From: Diplonema japonicum
Lineage: Eukaryota > Protista > Euglenozoa: Diplonemea
Direction of reading: 5' to 3'
Length of the DNA: 64,000 bases
Assembly: GCA_964019335.1 (NCBI GenBank)
Contig: OZ025681.1
Span: 496,001 to 560,000, forward strand
Below, piece after piece: positions 10,779 through 20,370 of this stretch (positions within the stretch are counted from its first letter, which is position 1; each line of letters starts with the position of its first letter). The notes below the pieces were generated by a model. It did not search any database and was not told the DNA's origin. It saw only the letters and a list, made by a program, of their open reading frames with translations. A program made the translations under genes and the position numbers.

Positions 10779-12281
10779 CTACTTCTTGTGGATCATGTGA
10801 CCATAAGCATCGAAACAAGTAATCACAAATGAGTTAGTTCCTCTGCAGTTACCGCCGACGTCGAGAAGCAGTTTGAATTGATTGTAGAATCTCCTCCCCT
10901 TCCCAGGCCCCCCTGCTTCCTCTTCTTCTTCCTCCTCTTTCTCCTCTTCCTCATCTCCCTCCTCAGCTTCCTCAACAATCTCCCAAAGCCCTGTTTTTTC
11001 ATGCTCATTTATTGCCATGTCATTCTTGTGGACCTTGAGAACCCTCCATGTTAGGCCGCTGTCAGGCGACCCTAATAAAGTCCAATTTCGTGGGTAGAAT
11101 GTTATAGGGCCATGGCGGTGGGAAAATGTGTAATGTGAAGGAGCGATTGAAACACCAGGAGGGAGCGATATTTTGACCCATGTTAGCTCGTCCGGCCTGT
11201 GGCACTCCGAGTAGTAAAGCTGCTTGTCTGTGAACTTTCTGTCGACCGCAGAGATGTTCGCACCGGTAACCTTGCCATTCGTGGTAACGGTGACGCCAGC
11301 ATCAAGAGGGTTCGATTTGTTCAACCTTGCAAGGTACCCCATCACACCATGATTCCCATCAATATGGTCTCGATGGCGAAGAATTCTTTTAACAGCTTCG
11401 GGAACCGGTTCTTCGACGACGGGCTGACTGGGCTCCAACGTCTTAACTTTTCCGTACAATTCCAAACAGCCAACAAACATGTCAGTCGAATGAGAAGTGT
11501 TCCCCCGTGCGTCCATAATAATACGAAAGTATCTGAAAAAGTCCTGGCACGGCGGTGAAGAAAAAGCAGCCCATGGGACAGATGGGTTCAGAGTCCGATC
11601 GTCAACACGTGTATCGATAGTGACCCACGCTGTTCCGTTCATGGAACCTTCGAGCTTCCATGATCTCAAGAATGCTTCTCCCAACCGTGTGCCAGTTGCT
11701 ATGGAGTACACGTCTGGGCATACTACCAGTGCGTCGAAACGAATGCCTACCCATGGTGCGTCGCCCTGGTTTGATGGTGCTCTTAGAATGTTAGTTTCAG
11801 AGTATGTTTTTTCGCATAATGCCGGGAGGTATGTTTGTGTGTCGGTGGATATTCTCATGGCGATCTCGCAGGGTTTTGCTTTTGCAGGGTTTTCCCAGTC
11901 TTGTTTTCCTTTTCTCGTGCCGACCCAGGCGATGACGCCGTTGCCGTCTCCTACGCGCGAGAAGGAGAACGTTTTTTCAATTGTGTCTTGTGGTTTGTAA
12001 GGGCGCGGGACGATTCTTTTCATTTTGCAGTCTCGTTTCACGATGGGCTTGTCCATGGGCTGGCCTTCGTCTTCCCGCCGTCTTAGCTTCATGTGGGCCT
12101 TTTTACCCCCTTCCATCAGCCGTGAAATATCGCCTATTTTCATGCCCGCGCCTCTCAGTTCGTCGCGGTGCAGCTTCAGCACCGAGGGAACGTTCGTACA
12201 GCCCCTGTCCCTTAGCTCCATGAGGACCTGTTCTGTCACTTTGATGTCCAGGAGTTGGAATAAATTGGTGATTTCGATCAT
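10779..12281 (-). CDS. SAM-like domain plus two F5/8-type-C (discoidin/galactose-binding-like) domains, 500 aa
   Basis: ATG at 12281 after an A-run; LRGAGMKIGD (SAM-like); duplicated NGVI/HGVM...SWKLEGS/NWTLLGS...ELYG/DAYG module. Confidence 0.8.
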   Translation of the reverse strand: MIEITNLFQLLDIKVTEQVLMELRDRGCTNVPSVLKLHRDELRGAGMKIGDISRLMEGGKKAHMKLRRREDEGQPMDKPIVKRDCKMKRIVPRPYKPQDTIEKTFSFSRVGDGNGVIAWVGTRKGKQDWENPAKAKPCEIAMRISTDTQTYLPALCEKTYSETNILRAPSNQGDAPWVGIRFDALVVCPDVYSIATGTRLGEAFLRSWKLEGSMNGTAWVTIDTRVDDRTLNPSVPWAAFSSPPCQDFFRYFRIIMDARGNTSHSTDMFVGCLELYGKVKTLEPSQPVVEEPVPEAVKRILRHRDHIDGNHGVMGYLARLNKSNPLDAGVTVTTNGKVTGANISAVDRKFTDKQLYYSECHRPDELTWVKISLPPGVSIAPSHYTFSHRHGPITFYPRNWTLLGSPDSGLTWRVLKVHKNDMAINEHEKTGLWEIVEEAEEGDEEEEKEEEEEEEAGGPGKGRRFYNQFKLLLDVGGNCRGTNSFVITCFDAYGHMIHKK

Positions 12282-12373
12282 CTTCTTCTTTTTTTTTCCC
12301 TTCTTTTTTTCTAAATATTTATATGCCCCCCCCCCCCCTGTGCTTTCGGAAGGGTTTTTTTGAGCTCCCCCTG

Positions 12374-12463
12374 CTATGCTGGCAGGAAACGTGGAAACGT
12401 GGAAAAGTTTCCGTTTCCTTATTTTCAAAATTCTTATGGAAACGCGTTTTCATGCCAGCGTTA
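12374..12463. mobile_element. Degenerate MITE (GCTATGYTGGCA family) abutting the next element
   Basis: GCTATGCTGGCAGGAAACG...GTTTCCTTATTTTCAAAA...TGCCAGC resembles 37864-37980. Confidence 0.5.
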
Positions 12464-13417
12464 GGGGGGGTCACATGGTAGTGGTAAAGCGGGTTTTTTC
12501 AAATTCGGAAAAGCAGAGTACTGGAGCTGCTTAATCCATGTAAAACACCCTTTCTCGACCAAAAAATCGATTTCCGGTTCTTTTCACTTTTGGGCACCTA
12601 CAAGGCATTATTTTGCATTTCTAAAAAAGGTGACCACGGTTTGGTACCTGGCCTGTTGTCTCCCCTGTAGTTTCTGAATTTTCTGAAAATTTTAGAATTT
12701 GACCCCAACGCCTTGAGTACGAACGACAGTGGATTTACGCCTTTCAAAGAGGCAGTCATCGAAGGGCTACTAGGGAGGCAGTCTAAACAACAGATAAAGT
12801 CAACTACAGAGCAGGCTGCCCCAATACCATGCCCCGAAACACGAACGAGTGCTCTGAGACCCCAATGCGCCGTGACAGTACCTTCTGGGACCATTTACCC
12901 GAAAAAGTAGTGCAACGTGCGGTGCAAGCATTGCAAGTCGAAAAGACCCCTATTTCAGTGTTCGGCCTACTTGGTACAACTTTGCGTGACTCCTTGCGTG
13001 CTTCAAAGACTACCACCTTGCCGGGGATACCCCCAGAAACCCCTCCCGGGGTCAAAAAAGAAGTCCCCCAGCCCTGGGGCACATACGAACCGCGTCAAGA
13101 AGGCGTTAAATAGCTTTTTATAGAATTTTACAGTCGATTTTTTTGACTTGTTTTTTGTACCACCTCTCGAGCACTTCAGGAACGCTATTTTTGACAATGT
13201 TGTGGGGGTGGACCCTGCTGTGGGCACCCTCTCTCTAGAATTGGGACATCTGGAGGCATTTCCGGGGGCATATAGCCCCGGCGTTGCGCTAGAATAGCTT
13301 TTTTTGAAGTTTCGAAAATTTACCCCCTGGTGGGCAAATATGGTCCGTTGGTAGATGGTTAAAAAAGTTTTCTTTTCACGTTTAACCACGTTTTTAAGGA
13401 CCATGTGACCCCCCCTA
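12462..13417. mobile_element. 956-bp non-autonomous TIR element
   Basis: Perfect 18-bp inverted repeat TAGGGGGGGTCACATGGT (12462-12479) / 13400-13417; the left ~200 bp resembles 2930-3120. Confidence 0.75.
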
Positions 13418-13665
13418 CCCCCCCGTACGTACTTTTTTTTTCCTTTGAGATTTTGCCGCGTATGCTCCAAGAGAACTTGAAGAGTGAGAGTACCAACACA
13501 TTCAACCAAATAAAGGCAACAAACGGGCCGGCTCCAGGACCAAACGAAAACACTTCAACGAAGTTAGCAGGGATCAACTACATCAAGAAATTCTACGCCG
13601 CGGCAGGCAGAGGATGACAAAGCTGCAGAAAGCTGACTTGGGGGGAAGGGGAAAAACACAGCGGG

Positions 13666-13701
<36 letters not shown>

Positions 13702-13724
13702 CAGCCACAAACTTCTCTATTTTT

Positions 13725-14216
13725 TTTTATTTCACTCTTCGTCATTTTCTTCACTCACTAGGGGCCTCATAACTTAACGCGAAATGGCCATTATTTAACG
13801 AGATTTTGAAGATAAATAATGGCCCTTCAGAGTGAAAAAATGCGTCTCGCCGTGGAAAAATTGCACCCAACCCTTGAATCTTTGGGGTGGGGGTATTTTG
13901 ACTATTTTTGGCCGCCTGAGGCCATTCCAGCCCTTAAAAGTGGGAATAGGTGCCTTACTTCCCCTTTAAATGCCACGGCGAAATGCTACCCTGTATTACC
14001 TTAGGAGAATCCCCAAAAAGCTGACCTGCGTGAAAAAAAACAGCAGTGAAAGCAGTGAAGAGTGAGTGACTCAAATGACGAAGAGTGAAATAAAACGACT
14101 TACTTGCCGCCAAATTAGCCATTATACACTCGTTACCGTTTTTTTGCACGAGGGCCCGCAGGGCCGAGTGCAAAAAATTCGGGAACTCGAGTGAGATTGT
14201 TGGCAATAAATAGCTA
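13725..14216 (+). mobile_element. Non-autonomous element with asymmetric 23-bp inverted repeat and terminal hairpin (Helentron- or Crypton-like, unresolved)
   Basis: IR at 13725-13747 / 14073-14095, then hairpin TTTTTTGCAC-GAGGGCCCGCAGGGCCGA-GTGCAAAAAA; second copy at 1-352. Confidence 0.65.
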
Positions 14217-14382
14217 TTTCTTTTTTGCGTTATCTTGGCAAAGAGAGGAGAGACAGGCACAGTGGACATTCCATACGGGAAAAAAAAAAAAAAAAAAAAA
14301 AGAGGGGAAATGGGAGGCTCTCACCTTTTTTTTTTTCTTCCCCCTTTTGTTTTTTTTTGATCGTAAAAAACAGTATTATTTT

Positions 14383-14841
14383 TTTTATTTCACTCTTCAG
14401 AAATTACTTCACGCACTAGGGGGTCCATTACTTCACGCTAAATCTCATTACTTCACGGTGAAATAATGGCCTGTTTTCCGTGAAGTAATGGGGCAAAATA
14501 TCGAAGCAGCAGAAAGTGAGGAGCGAGAGGCACGCCAGATATGAGAAGGCCTGATTAGAGATGGTGACAGTGGCAATGCCAGCGGCAGCGGCAGCACTTT
14601 TAGTCAACAAAAGGAGGAAAGACAACTTGTATTGTAACCTTTGTAACCTCTCTCTTGTTGTACCCCTTGTCACCCTGTTGTGCCCCTCGTGGTGAAGTAA
14701 TTTCAGAGTGTCGTGAAATAAAACCACTTACCTACCGCCAAGTAATGCTTTACCGACCTCTCGGTTCCGCATTTTACCATCGAGGGCCCTGCGGAACCTC
14801 GAGGTAACGGTAAAGTCATTACTTGTTGGCAGTAAATAGCT
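14383..14841 (+). mobile_element. Sister element with the same IR-plus-terminal-hairpin architecture
   Basis: TTTTATTTCAC..GAAATTACTTCAC is inverted at ~14692-14723; hairpin ~14728-14834; ends TTGTTGGCAGTAAATAGCTA like the preceding element. Confidence 0.6.
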
Positions 14842-15430
14842 ATAGCGCCTCATATTCTCTAAAACCCGGAACCCGGCAGGATTGGCCAGACTAGGTTTAA
14901 AGGCACGGGCATTTTTTGTTTTGTTTTGTTTTTTATTTTCTTACTTGTTCATTTAAAAAAGAAAAACGCTGAGATTTGGGGAAATACATATCATTTCACG
15001 TCGTTGCTTTAATTCTCACTGGGGGGGGGAGGAGCAGGGGAATCATCTTCTTTTTTTTTTATCGCACATCGGGGGGGAAACCGTCAGATGTACCCAAAGC
15101 ACTGGTAAAGAAATACCTACACTAGGTACTAAAGGCAGCATTACACACATATTTCTTTTTTTTTTTTCCTCCCTTTCTTTCTTCTCTTTCGTCTTCTTAA
15201 TTTCTATCCTTCGTCAGCTTTTTTCGTCATTTTACCAGAGGGGCCTTTTTTAAAAACCCTTTTTTTGAAAGAAAAAAAAAGAAGAAAAAACTACTTAACT
15301 TACCTGATCACTCTTCTAAAAAGAACCTACGCACGCGGGTTTACAGGACTTAATTTTCCTCTTTTTTTTTTTTTTTTTTTTTAATCCCTCCAAAAAAAAA
15401 AATATTTCTTTATGACTATATGTCCTTGTT

Positions 15431-15560
15431 GCGTTAAGTGTGTCAACGAAGGATGAACTGTCTACTTGATCACAGGGGGCGCACCGTAGCTTCTTCTGCG
15501 TTCCGCGTCGTGTCCTTAAGTAACCAAGATTACAACGAACTTCTATATCTCTCCACCACC
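15431..15560 (-). mobile_element. SINE family A, deleted copy
   Basis: Core GAACTGTCTACTTGAT...TTCTTCTGCGTTCCGCGTCGTGTCCTTAA and CCACCACC end. Confidence 0.65.
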
Positions 15561-15648
15561 AAAAAAAAAAAAAAAAAAAAAACACTTAAAAAAGAGGGAA
15601 AGAAGAAAGAGGGGAAAAAAAAAAAAAAAAAAGAAAAAAAAAAGAAAA

Positions 15649-16281
15649 TCAAGTGTTATAAGTCTGTTGCTGCCGGCCTCTGAAGGTGGAAAGAGGTATC
15701 GGGACGCGCTGCAACCGTTCCTCGTCTTCGTCGTCAGCCGTCTCGTCGTCGAAAAAGGAACAGCAGGCTGCCATGCACCCCAGGATGGCTATGGTGAGCA
15801 AGGTGAAGAAACTAACAGAGATCAACCAAAACCCAGCAGCAAAGGCGGTATCATCCTCTAAAGCCTTATCGCACCAAGACCGGTTACGCCACATCAGAAG
15901 GCACGACCCACAAATTACAGTGAAAATGCATGTAAAGATATCGCAAAGCACCAACATCACTTGTGAGTGCATCCAAGGCAGGATAATACCGCTGAAGCTG
16001 CCCAGCGCGGCCAGCACTAGCATCGCCTTTGTGAGTCTGACATTTGACTTGAAGTCGTTGCACTTTTCAAAGAGGTTGTGAGTGTCTATAGTCTTGCAGG
16101 GGAGCTTCCTGCCAGTGGTCGCGTCCTTCTCGCACTCTTGAGTTCTCCAAATTTTTATTTCCCTCGACATCGTAGAGGTATCGTTCGACAGAACCGGCTC
16201 AAAGGCACCCACCGCGAGGAACAGAATTGCTACCAAAGCCGTGCAGAGGCGGCCTGTTTTGAAAGATGATGAATATTTCAT
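15649..16281 (-). CDS. Amastin/claudin-like four-TM surface protein, 210 aa
   Basis: Four hydrophobic segments; first loop W...C...C...C; AAGFWL before TM4; acidic tail. Confidence 0.75.
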   Translation of the reverse strand: MKYSSSFKTGRLCTALVAILFLAVGAFEPVLSNDTSTMSREIKIWRTQECEKDATTGRKLPCKTIDTHNLFEKCNDFKSNVRLTKAMLVLAALGSFSGIILPWMHSQVMLVLCDIFTCIFTVICGSCLLMWRNRSWCDKALEDDTAFAAGFWLISVSFFTLLTIAILGCMAACCSFFDDETADDEDEERLQRVPIPLSTFRGRQQQTYNT

Positions 16282-16710
16282 TTTTTTTTTTGTGTGTTGT
16301 GTGTGTTTACAGCATTTTTTTTTTGGTTTCTTTTTTCTCCTTTTTTGTGTGGGGGGGGGTGACTTGTTTTCTTGCGGGGAGGGGGGGGAAAAAAAGCCTG
16401 ATTTTTTTGAGATAAAAAAGTTCTTTTTTTTTTTTTTTTCCGCCCCTGTTCTTTTCGTCCCCCATGTTTTCTTGTTGGAAACGTGCTTAAGTTTTTTTTT
16501 TTTTTTCCTTCTTTTTTTTTTTTTTTTTTTTTTCAGATTAAAAGTTCATCGAGGTTTCACTACATGAATATCCATTACAAGAAAGAAAAAAAAAAAAAAA
16601 AAAAGAAGAAAAAGCTCTCAAACCAAAAAAATAGCGAGAAAAAAAAAGAGAATTCACACCGATGGGAGCCTGTCAGCAACAACCCACCCTTTCAGTGAAA
16701 TGGGAAAATA

Positions 16711-16750
16711 AGGCGATGTTTAAGGGAAAATCTCTTTTGAGGACTACCCT
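16711..16750 (-). repeat. Retroposon-like 3'-tail fragment family D (also ~18936, 24199-24240, 38248-38287)
   Basis: AGGCGATGTTTAAGGGCAAATCC motif recurs four times in the same orientation next to A-runs. Confidence 0.55.
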
Positions 16751-16903
16751 TGGGGGCATATTGCTTTGAGATTTTTGTCAATTTGGTTTTTTTTCGCTCG
16801 AACAAAAGAAGAAGAAACCATGCATAAAAAAAAAAAAAAAAAAAAAGGGAGAATGGCGAAAGTTATTATTTTGGATACGCGCATAAATATATGGCATCGT
16901 TTC

Positions 16904-18466
16904 AAACCCCCCCCCCCCCCCAAAAATGAGGCCAATTGACACTTTCAATATTTCTCTAAGTACTTTTTTCCAAAGAAAAAAAATTCTACAACTTTCCCGG
17001 CCCAGGTTAGGAAAGAAAACACCCCAGAAAATGGGAAAGTGAGTGTTACTAGTACCCAGAAAATTCAGTCCTAGGGGCAAAAATGGGTATTTTCACTTTG
17101 CACAAATTCAGTAAAAGAGGGGGTGACAAAAACGGATGCTTTTAAACTTGCTGTTGAGAAGCTAGGGGTAAAAAAAAATGGTATTCGGACCGAGAAAGGG
17201 TAAATGGGAACACCACGGCGATCAGGACACTCGCCACAGAGGTTTTTGAGAAGCTCAGTGGCAACGACTGTGCTGCACTAGTTTGTGACGTAGTGTGTAA
17301 AGGGGAACTCCTAGCGGCACTTCTGCTATCATTTTCTGGTTGATTTAGTAGCCAACAAGACACCACACGGCGCCAATTGGTCAGAGGCATGAGGCTTGAC
17401 CACATCACACATGATGAAATAAGGGCAGCTGGCCTTACTGTTGGAAAAGTCTTGTTCCACAGTAGCATGGGCACAGAAAAAAATAAAGAAAAAAATGGAG
17501 TGGATACTCTGGACTGACGGTGGGCGTCACTTTCGTGCAAAGGAAATTTGCTACTTTGTTCTTTTTGGTCTTCGTTATGTATATCCCGATCGGACGTTTT
17601 CCCTGTGGTTTCTGGGGGAGAAACACGGCAAAAACAACAGGGACAGCCACTTTGGTGTGCTCTCTCGTGTTTGGTTTTGGGTGCCTCGTTCCACAACAAT
17701 TAAAACTGTGGAACAAATAGCTAACATCACCAAAACGATACGGTGCGCCGTGCATGTAGTTACTGATGTCTTTGGCCCGTACAAAAAGAAAATTCTTGAG
17801 TTTCCGGATTTTACAGGTGCATATGAGCTCAGGAGCACACCGGAGGGTGTATTTGCTACGTGCGCGTCCACGAGCTAGAAAGAACTAAAGTACATCATCA
17901 AAGAACTCGATGCAGACAGGGCAGAGAAAAGGCCCCCAGTCTATGAATCTTGTGATGGTATGAGGACGTTCCTGATAGCCTTCCCGGACTTGAAAAACGA
18001 GAAAGAATAGTAACCAAATTACGAAAATACTCGCCACCCCATGACAAGCCCAAAGCACAAGTACACCTACGAATGAGCCTCTTAAAACCCCCCCAAAATG
18101 CGGTAGAAGGCCTAATAGTATGAAAAAGAAACGAGGTCGCCCACTCAGCAGCAGCACATCTCAGCCGCAGAAGACTAGGAAATGAAGGTTTCCACTTCCA
18201 ACATCATTTCAGCCACCTTCTAGCAGTGAGTTTCGCTATTTCTTGCTATTGAAAGCATAATCTCTGACTTTACCAAAACCACTAAAACCCGATTTTTACC
18301 CTAAGACTGAATTTTTCATAGGTCAAAATAGCACCCTTGAGCGATTTCTGACCCGGGTTCTTTCCTAATATGGGCCGGGAAATATGGAGAATTTTTTTTA
18401 AAGGGGCGGCATGCCCAAAGATGCAACGAAAGTGTCAATTGGCCTCATTTTTTGGGGGGGGGGTTT
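16904..18466 (+). mobile_element. Degenerate DNA transposon with long (~190 bp) imperfect TIRs and a Sola-like DDD transposase remnant
   Basis: TIR CCCCAAAAATGAGGCCAATTGACACTTTC at both ends plus matching subterminal blocks. Confidence 0.75.
17441..18180 (+). pseudogene. Transposase fragment (Sola-like)
   Basis: WTDGGRHFR...FLGEKHGKNNRDSHFG catalytic-type motifs; downstream AT-hook-like KKRGRP near 18125; interrupted by stops. Confidence 0.65.
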
Positions 18467-19060
18467 AAAATCGACCCATTTAGAAAGAACCCTAATGCTC
18501 AGCACAAAGTACGGAGTACCTCAATCGTCTCAAAATTGCATTTTGAAAATACAAATTTGACAAGAAAAAAAAAAGAAGAATAACTTCTCAACCGTGTGCT
18601 AAAATACATAAAATTAGATAATTTAGCAAATGGGAATAAAAGAAATTCGCCTAATCAACGTCGGGAGAAAAAAAAAAAGAAAAACGGCGCTCTGTGGGGG
18701 GGGAGAGAATATAATAAAAAAATAATTCTTTATGATTATATGTCATTGTTGTTCGCACGAGCAAAAAAAAAAAAAAAAGAAGAAGAAAAAAAAAATATAT
18801 GAGTTAAAGGAGGCCGGTGTTGGCGGCGCCCTGCTGAAAAAAAGAAAAAGAAAAAGCTGCGAAAAGGTTTTTGCTCGGCACAAGTCGCATATAGTGATAA
18901 AATCATTTTTTTTTTTTTAGAAACAAAAATAAATAAGGCGATGTTCAGGGCAAGGGGGGGTGGTAAAAAATCTTCTTGGGGGGGAGGGGGGGAGGGTAAA
19001 AAATAACTATCTATTGATGAAAAATCAGCTTACCTGAAGCAAAAAAAAAAAGAAAAAAAA

Positions 19061-19388
19061 TGGGGCTTTGATTGCAACACTAGGTGGCGTTAAGCGTGCA
19101 ATGAAGCACGAACTACCTACTTGATTACAGGGGGCGCTCCTCGGCCGAGCAGTAGCTTCTTCTGCGTTCCGCGTCGTGTCCTTAATGCGTGCGGTGTACA
19201 GCTCAACCCCAGCCGGGACGTCCCGGTAACCAAGATTCTGCGCTCGTGCAGTTTGCTGCCTGTTCGTCACCCTGAGCATCTGCGTTACGTTCTTCCACTC
19301 GGGCGCTACCGGTGATGACCGACGAGGAGGTCAACAGCGAACAACACATCTGATGTACTTCTTATATTTCCATGTTATCCCCACCACC
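19061..19388 (-). mobile_element. SINE family A, full-length, 5' HDV-like ribozyme, tail type 2
   Basis: Near-identical to 4354-4676 except for the 3' tail. Confidence 0.85.
19255..19388 (-). ncRNA. HDV-like ribozyme (predicted), second copy
   Basis: All pairing elements identical to 4543-4676; differences only in the P4 loop. Confidence 0.75.
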
Positions 19389-19775
19389 TTAAAAAAAAGA
19401 AACGAATTAAAACTCATAGTAAAAGACAGCCTCATACACCCTTAAAAAAAAGTGTCCCCACAAAGCGAAATCTGTCTGATTTTTTCATAAAATACACCTT
19501 TTTATTTTTACTGGCAAGCTGCTTTAATGAAATTCTTACACCCGGCTCCGAAGCACGCTACAAGGTGGTAAAGATTGCTCAACCAACCGGGGGTCTCCCT
19601 CGTACCTGCGAAGCAAGATGGCTTGAGGCCTTTTGTAAGTGACCTTGCGCTGGATGCGCTTCCCAGAAACCTTCGGTTTTTCTACCCTGCCTGAGCGTGA
19701 AATAAAACTTTGATTTATATTTTAAGCCAAAGGTTTTCAAGAGAGAAAGCAGCTTGGAAGTAAATAAAAAAGAAA

Positions 19776-20070
19776 AATTCAACTATGATAGGAGGGATAG
19801 CAACGGCCCACCAATATATAGCGCCACACCTCGCACAGTGAACCGCAGTGTCACCGTGCAAGATGTCGCACTCCTCGAAGATGCAATCCGCGAGGTGAGG
19901 GGCGCGAGTGCTTCCCGATGGGTACTCGAGGTCCGCGTATTGGACCAGATCATCCCAGTCTAGTGCCGTCATTTTTGTTTGTACGTGGGTAAAACCTGGA
20001 GAAGTTTGTCAACCCGAACACGTTGCCAACGTTCCCCTTTTGTTTAGACAAGTCAAAGACTCGTTCTTGC
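19776..20070 (-). mobile_element. Composite non-autonomous retroposon: family B 5' part plus LINE-type 3' end
   Basis: 3' end GGGCCGTTGCTA...CCTATCATAGTTGAATT is shared with the LINE remnant ending near 62551. Confidence 0.55.
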
Positions 20071-20333
20071 AAAAAAAAAAAAAGAAAAAGCGCTAACCGC
20101 AAAACCCTTTCGCGAAAAAGAAAAAAATGCATTCTAAAGTACTTTTGATTATATATTCCACCCCACATACCCGCCCCCCCAAAAGAAAACCTCCCTCTAC
20201 CATGTTTTGGCCCCAACTGGTCTCGCTTAACTGGGGGCTTGGTGCCACCCTGGCTGGGTAAGAAAATCCTGGTTATGCAAAAAAGAAAAAAAAGAAAAAA
20301 AAATACGGCTGATGGAGGAATAATCAGTCAACG

Positions 20334-20368
<35 letters not shown>

Positions 20369-20370
20369 CA

